DNA of 64,000 nt from an uncultured Eubacteriaceae bacterium. Lineage in GTDB: Bacteria > Bacillota > Clostridia > Eubacteriales > UBA1433. Where the stretch lies: NCBI GenBank assembly GCA_964581565.1, contig CAZOOZ010000010.1, forward strand, positions 1,239-65,238, given 5' to 3'. Made by a program: the position numbers and the translations under genes. Positions 28,348 to 38,132 of this stretch are shown here, in pieces (position 1 is the stretch's first letter; the number at the start of each line of letters is the position of its first letter). Under the pieces are notes generated by a model, which had not been told where the DNA came from, ran no database searches, and saw nothing but the letters and a program-made list of their open reading frames with translations.

Positions 28348-30066
28348 ATGAAAGCGATACTATGCGCCGTCAATTCAAAATTTATTCATTCATCGTTTGC
28401 CGCCCATATTTTGTATCATCATATCGATAAAACATTACTCAATGTTGACGTTATGGAATACAGCATCAACGACGATATGGATTCGATCTTAAGGAATCTT
28501 TATCAGCGCGGCACAGAAATTTTCATGTTCAGCGTTTATATTTTTAATGTGGAGTTTGTTAAGAAACTCATTGGCAAGCTAAAAAAAATACTGCCTTCCT
28601 GCATCATTATATTGGGCGGCCCGGAAGTGAGTTTTAATGCCGAAGACTTTCTCTCTCGCAACAACGCAGCCGATATCATCATCAAAGGCGAGGGCGAATA
28701 CACTTTGAACAATGTCTTGCAAGCCCTGTGTAACAAAGACGATCTTGACGGTCTTTTTAATATTGTATTCAAAAGAGGCAAAGAAATCATCACAACACAG
28801 GAAGAGCTACATTTAATTGATTTGAATGATATTATCTTCCCTTATAACAAAGAAAATTTGACTTTGTTTAAAAATAAAATCATCTATTACGAATCAAGCC
28901 GAGGCTGCCCTTTTAAATGCGCTTACTGTATGTCTTCCATAGAAAAACAATTGCGTTACAAAAACTTGGACAAAGTTTTTAAGGAGCTGTCTTTTTTTAT
29001 AGAAAATAAAATCCCGATCGTAAAATTCACAGACAGAACCTTTAACACCGACGCATTACGCGCACAAAAAATATGGCAGTTTATCAAAGATAATAATAAC
29101 CATACAACGTTTCACTTTGAAATCGCTGCGGATTTGTTGACCGAAGAGAATATCGCATTGCTTATTCAAATGCCCTCCGGCTTTGTGCAGCTTGAAGCGG
29201 GCATACAAAGCATTAATCAACAAACACTGCAGGCTATTTCACGAAAAAACGATTTGGATAAAATAAAATTGTATTTGAAACGCCTTGCAAAAAACACAAA
29301 TATTCATATTCATACCGACCTCATCGCAGGCCTTCCTTGTGAAAGTTATGAAAGTTTCAAAGAGTCGTTTAATTTTGTCTACGATCTTCATTCCGACATG
29401 CTGCAGCTGGGCTTTTTGAAAATATTAAAAGGTTCTCCGATGATGGATATGTTAAAAGACGGCGCCTATGTCTACGATGAAACGGCTCCGTATGAAATCA
29501 TCAGAAACAAATGGATGAGTTATGAGGATATTTTAAACTTAAAGACAATAGAAATGACAGTGGATAAATTCTATAATTCACAAAGTTTTATAAATATTTT
29601 AGAGTATGTGCTCAATAAATACTATACCGGCAACGCATTTGCTTTTTTTGAGCAGCTCGGTATTTATTTCCAAAATACTTCTGTTTTATATAAAAAACTA
29701 GCGAAACCCGATTTATACGAAATGCTTGCCTGCTTTTTGAAATACAAGAAAAACTATACGCAAATCGAACAGGCTCTGCTTCAATTTGATTTTCTTTTAA
29801 GCAATATTTCTCCGCTTCCAAAAAGTTTGTATCTCGAACAAATAACAAAAACACAACTTTATGACCTTCTTATGAATAACCTGTCGGTTGTGCCGAGTTG
29901 TTATGCAGAGCTTACTTATAAACAGCTCATCAAACATATCAATGTTTTCGAATTTTGTATGCATCCTCTCACACATGAGCCTTCACAGACCTTTATTGCT
30001 TTTTGGGACTTCAAACAAAACAAAATTAAAAATCAACGATATTATACGGTTTTAAATAAATTTTAA
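28348..30066 (+). CDS. B12-binding-domain radical SAM protein with C-terminal DUF4080-like extension
   Basis: N-terminal B12-binding-like region, CxxxCxxC motif (CPFKCAYC), and a long C-terminal tail. Confidence 0.75.
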   Translation: MKAILCAVNSKFIHSSFAAHILYHHIDKTLLNVDVMEYSINDDMDSILRNLYQRGTEIFMFSVYIFNVEFVKKLIGKLKKILPSCIIILGGPEVSFNAEDFLSRNNAADIIIKGEGEYTLNNVLQALCNKDDLDGLFNIVFKRGKEIITTQEELHLIDLNDIIFPYNKENLTLFKNKIIYYESSRGCPFKCAYCMSSIEKQLRYKNLDKVFKELSFFIENKIPIVKFTDRTFNTDALRAQKIWQFIKDNNNHTTFHFEIAADLLTEENIALLIQMPSGFVQLEAGIQSINQQTLQAISRKNDLDKIKLYLKRLAKNTNIHIHTDLIAGLPCESYESFKESFNFVYDLHSDMLQLGFLKILKGSPMMDMLKDGAYVYDETAPYEIIRNKWMSYEDILNLKTIEMTVDKFYNSQSFINILEYVLNKYYTGNAFAFFEQLGIYFQNTSVLYKKLAKPDLYEMLACFLKYKKNYTQIEQALLQFDFLLSNISPLPKSLYLEQITKTQLYDLLMNNLSVVPSCYAELTYKQLIKHINVFEFCMHPLTHEPSQTFIAFWDFKQNKIKNQRYYTVLNKF

Positions 30067-30079
30067 AAGGAAGGCTTCT

Positions 30080-30417
30080 ATGACAAAATTAGAAATAGGA
30101 TACTGCGGCGCATATTGCAAAACATGCAAAGTCTACATTGCTAAAAAATGTACAGGTTGCAAAATCGGATACGCACAAAAACAGCGTGATCTTTCAAAAG
30201 CCAGATGCAAAATAAAGGTATGCTATATCAACAGTTATTATGTGTCGGCTGCATTCATTATGAACAATGCGATATAATTCAAAAGTTTCATCATCATCAG
30301 GGCTATAAATACAGCAAATACAGGCAATCCACAGCCTATATCATCAAATACGGTTATGAAAATTTCATCGAAAAAGCTGATAGCTGGCATAATGCATACG
30401 GACATTTAAAAGACTAA
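30080..30417 (+). pseudogene. DUF3795-like Cys-rich protein split by a 1-nt frame change
   Basis: Track ORFs 30080-30277 and 30205-30417 overlap in adjacent frames. Joined near 30229-30240 they read ...CKIKVCYI(N/Q)QLLCVGCIHYEQCDIIQKF..., which continues the Cys pattern of a single protein. Confidence 0.55.
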
Positions 30418-30814
30418 TTTTTGTGCCGACATTTCAACATTTTATCTCTCATATTTTCAAAAGACAATAAATATGAAAGCAAAACTGCAATTTATATCAA
30501 CTGTGCTTATTTTGTTTCAATTTTATAAATATACCATAATAGCCAATGCAACGCTGAGTTATTAATCCGCTATCAATTGATCAATTTTTTCTTTGCCATT
30601 GAACACATTACAGAATAGTAGATATTGTTCATGCTCCTGATTCAATCCTTTAATTTGATTGTTGATATCTTAAAGCCCAGCCTGTAGCATCTCACGTTTA
30701 TTGTTATCATACGCCAAATCATCTTTTTATTTTAATATAATATGTTTATTGTAAAACGTTTAGATTATATGTTATACTTTAATGTGATTCTATCTAAAAT
30801 AATACAGGTGATAT

Positions 30815-31756
30815 ATGAAAATATTGTTAATAGGCGCCTCATATATTGATATCTCGGGACACAGCAAAAAAAGAATTATCAGCTACGGCACAACGCAAGG
30901 CAGCCTTGCCATTCATGACAGCGGCATGCTGAGAAATACTGCAGAATATTTAGCCCGCCTGTGTGTTCCGCTGAATTTCATAACAGCAGTAGGCGACGAT
31001 ATTTTCGGCAAGAACTTATTAAATGATTTGACCACGCTCGGCATTGATATCTCACAAAGTCTTATCATAAAAGATACGCCTACAACATCCAACTTATCTT
31101 TGATAGATATAGATGATGAACTGTTTGCCTGTGTTGAAAGCGAAAATATATCTTGTATGATTACTTCCAATTATATAAAGAATTTTGTTGATCAAATACC
31201 AAATATTTTATTGATAGACGACTCACTGAATTACGATTGTCTTCAGTATCTTGCATGTTATACCGACGCAGCTGTAAAAATGCTTCAGCCTCTAAGCGCG
31301 GATGATTTTTCTAAAATATCCGATTTTTTAAATAAGTTTGACATCATTCAATTAAATAAATTACAGGCCGAAGCTCTGTGCGGCAGGCTTATTCAGACTA
31401 CAGATGAAGCAAAAGAGTGCGCAAAATATCTTGTTGAAGAAAAAGGCATTAAAAGAGTCTATATTCTTTTGGATCAATACGGCTCCATTGCGGCCGATGT
31501 ATTCAACATAGTGCATGTGCCTGCCTATAAAAGCGTATTAAATAACAAAAAAGAAGCAGAATATGCATACGGTGCAGGGATTGTCTATTCGCTCGCCAAT
31601 GATTTTTCTCTCTACAAAAGCACACTCTTCGCACAGGTATGTTCTTCTTTTGCACTCGATTTGCGCGCAGGCAAACGCCATAAATTTTCACTTGAACAAG
31701 TCAGCGAAATGCTTGTATACGGGGAAAAATTAATTCCGAGGGACGAAGAATTATAA
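30815..31756 (+). CDS. PfkB-family carbohydrate-kinase-like protein with a degenerate active-site motif
   Basis: The N-terminal and mid-region PfkB pattern is present (NTAEYLARL...FITAVGDDIFG). The C-terminal DTxGAGD box reads EYAYGAGIVY, so the catalytic Asp is absent. Confidence 0.6.
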   Translation: MKILLIGASYIDISGHSKKRIISYGTTQGSLAIHDSGMLRNTAEYLARLCVPLNFITAVGDDIFGKNLLNDLTTLGIDISQSLIIKDTPTTSNLSLIDIDDELFACVESENISCMITSNYIKNFVDQIPNILLIDDSLNYDCLQYLACYTDAAVKMLQPLSADDFSKISDFLNKFDIIQLNKLQAEALCGRLIQTTDEAKECAKYLVEEKGIKRVYILLDQYGSIAADVFNIVHVPAYKSVLNNKKEAEYAYGAGIVYSLANDFSLYKSTLFAQVCSSFALDLRAGKRHKFSLEQVSEMLVYGEKLIPRDEEL

Positions 31757-31827
31757 TCTTTCGGCTTAAACTCCAGAAATATAAATATATATTATTAATA
31801 CTATAATCAAACTATCGGGGGATACGA

Positions 31828-32397
31828 TTGAATTTTATTACATTACTGCTCGCGGCGGTCGGCCTGTCGATGGATGCGTCTGCCGTTTCCATCTCCAATG
31901 GTATGATCTATAAAAATGTTTCAAAAAACAAAATACTGCTCATGGCATTTTATTTCGGCTTTTTTCAGGCTCTTATGCCCTTTATCGGCTACTTTGCCGG
32001 TAGTGTTTTCAGCCACATGATACAAAGCATAGATCATTGGATCGTTCTAATTATCCTTTCTATTTTAGGAGCTAAGATGATTATTGAAGCTGTCAAAAAC
32101 AGCCGCCTAGAAGTATGCACCGCAACGTGTCCGCCTCTTACAAATAAATGCCTGCTGCTGCAGGCACTGGCAACAAGTATCGATGCTTTTGCGCTCGGCA
32201 TAAGCTTGGCAGTCATTCAAGTGGATATTTACTTGTCAATTGCCGTCATAGGAATCACAACTTTTATACTTTGTATCTTTGCTTTTTTCATCGGCAGACA
32301 ATTCGGCAGTCTTTTTAAAAATAAAGCCGAAATATTCGGTGGAATTATTTTAATATTAATCGGCTTGAAAATATTCATCGAGCACACAATCGCTTAA
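31828..32397 (+). CDS. mntP: Manganese efflux pump MntP
   Basis: 189 aa, LSMDASAVSI and TSIDAFALGISL repeats typical of MntP. TTG start with SD GGGGGA. Confidence 0.85.
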   Translation: MNFITLLLAAVGLSMDASAVSISNGMIYKNVSKNKILLMAFYFGFFQALMPFIGYFAGSVFSHMIQSIDHWIVLIILSILGAKMIIEAVKNSRLEVCTATCPPLTNKCLLLQALATSIDAFALGISLAVIQVDIYLSIAVIGITTFILCIFAFFIGRQFGSLFKNKAEIFGGIILILIGLKIFIEHTIA

Positions 32398-32470
32398 TTA
32401 GCATAACTGTATACCCGCTTTTTTCATACAAGCCTTTACAACACTTATTCTATCGTTTCAGGAGAAGCAT

Positions 32471-33031
32471 ATGAATACAAAAATGGATTTTGTAATAAAT
32501 CAGAAAACAGGTAACAAAGAAACCTGCTATATGAGAAAATTAAACAAAAAGGATATTGAAAATATTATTGTGCTTCAAAATAAAATTATTCTCTCTCTGG
32601 ATGATCCAAATCTTTTTGCTCCTTTTATGGAGCATGAATTTGAACATTTATTTAAAAACAAGGACAATATTGTCTTAGGAGTTTTTACTGACGACAATAA
32701 ACTTATCGCATTCAGAGCGGCAACTGTCGAAGGCAAAGAATTTGATGAGGTTTCCCCCTTTTTGGACGAAAAATACGCCGGCAGCAATAAGATGCTTTTA
32801 AACGGTGCTTTTGTAGATGAAGATTATAGAAAAAACAGATTGCAGACCAAAATGAGCAGACACACACTGTCGCTTGCTCACGCAAATCATATAAACGTAT
32901 TTTTTACCGTGATCCATCCTGATAACATTGCCAGCATAAAATCTATAGAAGCACTTGGCTTCAAAGCGATTAAGGAAATTGATGTATATTCACAAAGCCA
33001 CAGAAGAATACTGTTTTTAAAAGGTTTTTAA
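32471..33031 (+). CDS. GNAT family N-acetyltransferase
   Basis: 186 aa, acetyl-CoA-binding region-like (VDEDYRKNRLQTKM). Confidence 0.6.
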   Translation: MNTKMDFVINQKTGNKETCYMRKLNKKDIENIIVLQNKIILSLDDPNLFAPFMEHEFEHLFKNKDNIVLGVFTDDNKLIAFRAATVEGKEFDEVSPFLDEKYAGSNKMLLNGAFVDEDYRKNRLQTKMSRHTLSLAHANHINVFFTVIHPDNIASIKSIEALGFKAIKEIDVYSQSHRRILFLKGF

Positions 33032-33033
33032 TT

Positions 33034-33070
33034 AAAAACTGCCTGTCTTTTAAGACAGGCAGCCTTCTTT
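33034..33070. terminator. Bidirectional terminator between the GNAT gene and pyc
   Basis: CTGCCTGTCTT/AAGACAGGCAG, a perfect 11-bp palindrome with A run upstream and T-rich run downstream on the plus strand, so each strand reads a T-rich tail after the stem. Confidence 0.8.
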
Positions 33071-33077
33071 TATATGA

Positions 33078-36000
33078 TTATTCAAGTTCTATAATCAACT
33101 GGCCCTTCTCTACGCTGTCACCTTTTTGTACATGCACAGCTGCAATAATGCTGTCTTTTGGCGCAGTGATTTCCGTTTCCATTTTCATCGCTTCAACAAT
33201 GGCAAGCGGTTGATTTTTCTTTACTTTTTCGCCTACAGATACATGAACGGCCATAATGGTACCTTTGATCGGCGGAGCAATATGGTTTTCATTACATTCA
33301 TCCGCCATTTTAACGGTTGTTTTAAATACTGCCGGAATGCTGTTTTCATCTTTTACATAAATATCACGTCTGAAACCATTGATTTCAAATATGAATCTTC
33401 TGTATCCGTCTTCTCCGACATCTTTTCCGATATGTACCAGCTTGATCATGCAGCGCACGCCTTTTGCGATTTCAACTTCCGTTTCTTCGCCTATACGAAG
33501 CGAGTTAAAGAAGACATGCGATTCCATTTGTATATAATCGCCGTATTCGGTTAAGAATTTCATATAATCATCATAGACTTTTGGATACAATGCCGCGCTG
33601 ATCACCGAGCGCATATTTAATTCTCTTCCGTATCGTTCTAAGTAGTCTGCACGAATCGCATCAAAATCAACATCTTCAAGCAATTCACCCGGGCGCACCG
33701 TGAGCGGTTCCTGACCTTTGAGTACGATTTCCTGAAGTTTATGGTTGAATCCGCCTTCGGGCTGACCGAGCATACCTTTAAAGAAGTCCACAACCGAATC
33801 CGGGAAAGCAAGATTTTTCCCTTTTTCATAAATATTCTCTATTGTCAAGCCGTTTTGCATCATAAAGATGGCCATATCCCCAACTGATTTTGAAGAAGGC
33901 GTTACTTTTACAATGTCCCCAAACAGTTCATTGGCATCTTTATAGGTTTCCAGCAGATCTCTGAATCGATGACCAAGTCCAAAGCTTTCCGCTTGTTTTT
34001 TAAGATTGGAATATTGTCCGCCGGGCACTTCATAGCGATACACTTCCGCCGTGGGTGTTTTCATTCCGGATTCTGCCTCGTAATATACTTCTCGGACATT
34101 CTCCCAGTAATCACTGAGCAGCTGCAATCCCAATTCATCCATTTCGGTATCGCGGCCCGTGTTTTTAAGCGCCGCAACAATACTGTTGAGCGCAGGCTGC
34201 GAAGTAAGCCCGCTCATTGAATTGAGCGCCATATCGGCGATATCCACTCCCGCCCTCGCCGCACTCAAAACAGAAGCTACGGCGTTACCGGCCGTGTCAT
34301 GCGTGTGAAAGTGGATTGGTATACTGATCTCTTCTTTTAATGCTTTTACCAAATCATATGCTGCCTGCGGCCTTACAAGCCCGCTCATATCTTTAATCCC
34401 CAGTATATGGGCGCCCATAGATTCGATTTCTTTTCCCTTTTTAATATAATAATTTATATCATATTTTGTTTTGCTTTTATCTAAGATATCTCCTGTGTAG
34501 CATAGGCAAACTTCCGCGATTTTATTGTTTTTCAGTACTTGTTCTGTGGGAAGTTTTAATGCTTCAAGCCAGTTTAATGAGTCAAAAATTCTAAAGACGT
34601 CAATGCCTGCTTTAGCCGATTCTTCAATAAAGACCTCAATGACATTGTCCGGATAATTTTTATACCCAACAGCGTTCGAGCCTCTAAGAAGCATTTGAAA
34701 CATGATATTCGGTATTCTTTTTCTGAGTCTTTTGAGCCGTGTCCAAGGGGATTCATGCAAGAATCGGTAAGCTGTATCAAATGTTGCTCCGCCCCACATT
34801 TCAACCGAGAAAAAATCGGCACCATAGACCGCCACGGCATTGGAAATATCCAGCATATCTCTCGTTCTCATACGCGTGGCCGCAAGCGATTGATGCGCAT
34901 CTCTGTAGGTTGTGTCTGTCACGAGAAGTTTATTTTGTTTTTTGATATAATCGACAACCCCACTCGGTCCGTATTTATCTAAAAGCTGCTTTGTGCCGTC
35001 TTTTATGGACATGCCCTCGACATCGGGTATGTAAGGCGCCGGATAATCTTTCTTCTCGCCCTGTGTCTTATTGATTATTATTTCGGCTAAATACTGGGCA
35101 ATCTTCGATTCCTGGTCAACCGATTTCTTTATTGCGAACAATTCGGGATGCTGGTCTATAAAGAGCGTATTGCACGCGCCGTTCTTAAACACATCATGCT
35201 GCAATACATTGATCAAAAAATCCGTATTGGTTTTTACCCCTTCGACATAATGTTCTTTTAGCGCACGCAGTGCTTTTCTCCTGGCTTTTTCAAAGCTGCT
35301 GTCCCAAACGATGGTTTTGACAAGCAAGCTATCGTAATAAGGCGTAATCTCAGCACCCGTGAAGCCATTGCCCCCGTCGAGACGGATGCCGTTTCCCGCT
35401 GCCGTACGGTAGACCGTTATTTTTCCGGTATCAGGCATAAAGTTGTTCTTCGGGTCTTCTGCGGTTATCCTGCATTGAATCGCGCTGCCGCGCGGGATAA
35501 TATCATCCTGAGAATAGATGCCGATCTCCTGGCTTGCAAGCGGGTAACCCTGCGCAATCAAAATCTGTGCCTGCACGATATCTATGCCGGTTGTCATTTC
35601 CGTTACAGTGTGCTCTACTTGGATTCTGGGATTCATCTCCATAAAGTAATGATTACCCTTCGCATCAAGTAAAAACTCTACAGTGCCTGCATTGACATAG
35701 CCTACTTCTTTGGCGAGTTTAACTGCATCCGCGCAAATAACTTTCCTCTTTTCATCATCAATCGCCATAGACGGCGTAAACTCGATTACTTTTTGATGTC
35801 TTCTTTGTATGGAGCAGTCACGCTCATATAAATGCACAACATTGCCGTATTGATCGGCTAAAATTTGCACCTCAATATGTTTTGGTGTTTCAAGATATTT
35901 TTCGACAAATACTTCGCCGTTTCCAAAAGCTTTTTTTGCTTCGCTGACTGCGGTTTTAAATTCTTTTATTAATGCGCTCTCATCATTGACGACACGCATG

Positions 36001-36515
36001 CCTCTTCCGCCGCCGCCAAAAGAAGCTTTTAAAATAACGGGATACCCTATTTCCTGCGCCACTTTTACGAGTTCTTCTTCATTATCAACAGGTTTAGCCG
36101 TACCTTTTAGTACCGGCACACCTATTTTATCTGCAAACTTCTTTGCCGCTACCTTATCGCCAAAGATTTCCATAACATCGGCCGGCGGCCCTATAAAGGT
36201 GATGCCTTCTCTTTCACATTCTCTTACAAAATCAGGATTTTCGGATAAAAACCCATATCCGGGATGAATTGCAGTTGCTCTTCTGGCTTTTGCGATTTCC
36301 AAGATCTTATATATATTTAAGTATGCTCCAACAGGTGTATTTTCTTTATCAAGCATATACGATTCGTCTGCTTTGCTTCTAAAGAGCGCGAGCTTATCTT
36401 CTTTGGAATAAACTGCAACGCTTTTATAACCCAATTCATTGACGGCGCGCATAACTCGAATAGCTATTTCACCGCGATTGGCTATAAGAATCTTTCTAAA
36501 CGGTTTAATGTCCAT
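33078..36515 (-). CDS. pyc: Pyruvate carboxylase
   Basis: 1145 aa with biotin carboxylase N-terminus, carboxyltransferase middle, and a C-terminal biotinyl domain carrying EAMKME. Confidence 0.95.
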   Translation of the reverse strand: MDIKPFRKILIANRGEIAIRVMRAVNELGYKSVAVYSKEDKLALFRSKADESYMLDKENTPVGAYLNIYKILEIAKARRATAIHPGYGFLSENPDFVRECEREGITFIGPPADVMEIFGDKVAAKKFADKIGVPVLKGTAKPVDNEEELVKVAQEIGYPVILKASFGGGGRGMRVVNDESALIKEFKTAVSEAKKAFGNGEVFVEKYLETPKHIEVQILADQYGNVVHLYERDCSIQRRHQKVIEFTPSMAIDDEKRKVICADAVKLAKEVGYVNAGTVEFLLDAKGNHYFMEMNPRIQVEHTVTEMTTGIDIVQAQILIAQGYPLASQEIGIYSQDDIIPRGSAIQCRITAEDPKNNFMPDTGKITVYRTAAGNGIRLDGGNGFTGAEITPYYDSLLVKTIVWDSSFEKARRKALRALKEHYVEGVKTNTDFLINVLQHDVFKNGACNTLFIDQHPELFAIKKSVDQESKIAQYLAEIIINKTQGEKKDYPAPYIPDVEGMSIKDGTKQLLDKYGPSGVVDYIKKQNKLLVTDTTYRDAHQSLAATRMRTRDMLDISNAVAVYGADFFSVEMWGGATFDTAYRFLHESPWTRLKRLRKRIPNIMFQMLLRGSNAVGYKNYPDNVIEVFIEESAKAGIDVFRIFDSLNWLEALKLPTEQVLKNNKIAEVCLCYTGDILDKSKTKYDINYYIKKGKEIESMGAHILGIKDMSGLVRPQAAYDLVKALKEEISIPIHFHTHDTAGNAVASVLSAARAGVDIADMALNSMSGLTSQPALNSIVAALKNTGRDTEMDELGLQLLSDYWENVREVYYEAESGMKTPTAEVYRYEVPGGQYSNLKKQAESFGLGHRFRDLLETYKDANELFGDIVKVTPSSKSVGDMAIFMMQNGLTIENIYEKGKNLAFPDSVVDFFKGMLGQPEGGFNHKLQEIVLKGQEPLTVRPGELLEDVDFDAIRADYLERYGRELNMRSVISAALYPKVYDDYMKFLTEYGDYIQMESHVFFNSLRIGEETEVEIAKGVRCMIKLVHIGKDVGEDGYRRFIFEINGFRRDIYVKDENSIPAVFKTTVKMADECNENHIAPPIKGTIMAVHVSVGEKVKKNQPLAIVEAMKMETEITAPKDSIIAAVHVQKGDSVEKGQLIIELE

Positions 36516-36718
36516 AGCTTAACCTCCATTAAATCATTTTACAAAAAATTGTAACATATCTATTATATCAATAAATATTTAAAATACAAATAAAAAATTA
36601 CGATTTCGCTTATATAAATTTATGATTTTGCATAAATATAAATGTATTTATTGATATAGTTACATAAACGAAGGCTTAATGTATGAATATTTATTATCTC
36701 AATGCTATGAATATGCAT

Positions 36719-37726
36719 TTATTTTTTTAAAACGAGCCCCATTTTTTTTTGAGCTTTTTTTAAGGTTTTCTTTGCCATGCTTTCTGCCTTACTCGCTCCT
36801 AAAGACATGTATTCCTCAAGCGTAGTTTTATCTTTCATTAATCTATTGAATTCATCTTGGATCGGACGCAGTGATTCAATGACAGCTTCTGCAGCACGCA
36901 CTTTAAAATCTGCATAGGATAAATCCTTGCAATCCTCTATGGCTTTGTCGAGTGATATATCTGCGGAAGAGGCATAAATTTGCAGCAGATTAGAAATACC
37001 CGGCTTTTCTTTTTCATCATAACGCACAGATGCATCGGAATCCGTAACGGCTCTTTTAAATTTTCTCATGATAGCATCCGGGCTGTCTTTTAGCGAAATA
37101 TATCCGTTCTCATTGCTGTCGGATTTGCTCATTTTGCCGGTCGGCTCAGACAGGCTCATGATCCTGGCACCAACTTTCGGATAATATCCTTCAGGTATGA
37201 TAAAAGTGTCGGAATATGCATTATTAAAACGAATGGCAACATCCCGGCAAAGCTCTATATGTTGTCTTTGGTCATCGCCCACAGGAACATAATGCGGCTG
37301 GTAGAGCAGTATATCCGCTGCCATTAAAACAGGATAATCAAACAGGGCAGCACGAATATTTTCCCCTTGCTTTGCCGATTTATCTTTATACTGCGTCATG
37401 CGGGAGAGCTCCCCCATGTATGTGTTGCAATTAAGCAGCCATGCAAGTTCGCTGTGTGCACTTACATGCGACTGGATAAAAAGAGTTGTATGCTCGGGAT
37501 TGAGCCCCGCCGCAATCAGCATGGCATAGCATTCCATGGTTTTGGCTCTCAATACCGAAGGCACCTGCGGCACCGTTAATGCGTGCAGATCCACAATACA
37601 AAAATAACAGTCAAATTCATATTGGGCTTCAACCCAGTTTTTAATCGCTCCAAAGTAATTACCTATTGTAAAATCTCCCGACGGCTGAATGCCGCTCAGC
37701 ATCCTTTTCTTTTCCGTATTACTCAT
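36719..37726 (-). CDS. trpS: Tryptophan--tRNA ligase
   Basis: QPSGDFTIGNYFG (HIGH-type region) and KMSKS. 335 aa. Confidence 0.95.
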   Translation of the reverse strand: MSNTEKKRMLSGIQPSGDFTIGNYFGAIKNWVEAQYEFDCYFCIVDLHALTVPQVPSVLRAKTMECYAMLIAAGLNPEHTTLFIQSHVSAHSELAWLLNCNTYMGELSRMTQYKDKSAKQGENIRAALFDYPVLMAADILLYQPHYVPVGDDQRQHIELCRDVAIRFNNAYSDTFIIPEGYYPKVGARIMSLSEPTGKMSKSDSNENGYISLKDSPDAIMRKFKRAVTDSDASVRYDEKEKPGISNLLQIYASSADISLDKAIEDCKDLSYADFKVRAAEAVIESLRPIQDEFNRLMKDKTTLEEYMSLGASKAESMAKKTLKKAQKKMGLVLKK

Positions 37727-37754
37727 CTCGTAACCTCTTTCTTTTGAAAGTATT

Positions 37755-37995
37755 AAAAAACGCCCTTAAGATTTTAATTCTAAAGGACGATTTAATTTAT
37801 ATAACCGCGGTACCACCTATTTTGACTATAAACTATAGTCCACTTTTAATGATAACGCTTTTTGCGTCTTGACATTTCCTTCAAGAATTTTGTAAACCCA
37901 TTCAAAACAAACCGGCCATAAAACTCCCACCATTGTTTTACTCTCTTAAGGCAAAAATTGTTTTTACTCTTTTACGCATTAAAATTATTAAAATT
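37755..37995 (-). promoter_or_regulatory. T-box leader, Trp (TGG) specifier, upstream of trpS
   Basis: On the minus strand: AGAGAG box, specifier-loop GAA-TGG-G (TGG = 37898-37900), T-box AAATAGGTGGTACCGCGGTTAT (37801-37823). The terminator is CGUCCUUUAG...CUUAAGGGCG + U6 (37755-37790). Confidence 0.9.
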
Positions 37996-38001
37996 TTTTA
38001 A

Positions 38002-38030
38002 ATTATATTTCTTTTACCGTCACTTGTCAA
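38002..38030 (-). promoter_or_regulatory. Sigma-A promoter of the trpS T-box leader (TTGACA-17-TATAAT)
   Basis: Perfect consensus hexamers with a 17-nt spacer, read on the minus strand. Confidence 0.8.
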
Positions 38031-38132
38031 GCATACAACCGAAGAACCTGTAAAAGAACAAATAAATTGTTTCCCTGACTATTTTCTGTTATCATTATTT
38101 TAGTACCCTAAATAAAAATCAGGAGGGATGTC

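Noticed and set aside
30430-30720. Possible gene remnant on the minus strand in the ORF-free region before the PfkB-like gene (reads ...DDLAYDNNKREMLQAGL*DINNQIKGLNQEHEQYLLFCNVFNGKEKIDQLIAD*).
   Set aside because: It has an in-frame stop, no start and no recognisable family, so I cannot distinguish it from chance.
31757-31827. Expected yybP-ykoY (Mn2+) riboswitch upstream of mntP.
   Set aside because: Only about 70 nt of AT-rich spacer is available and no conserved riboswitch helices are visible.
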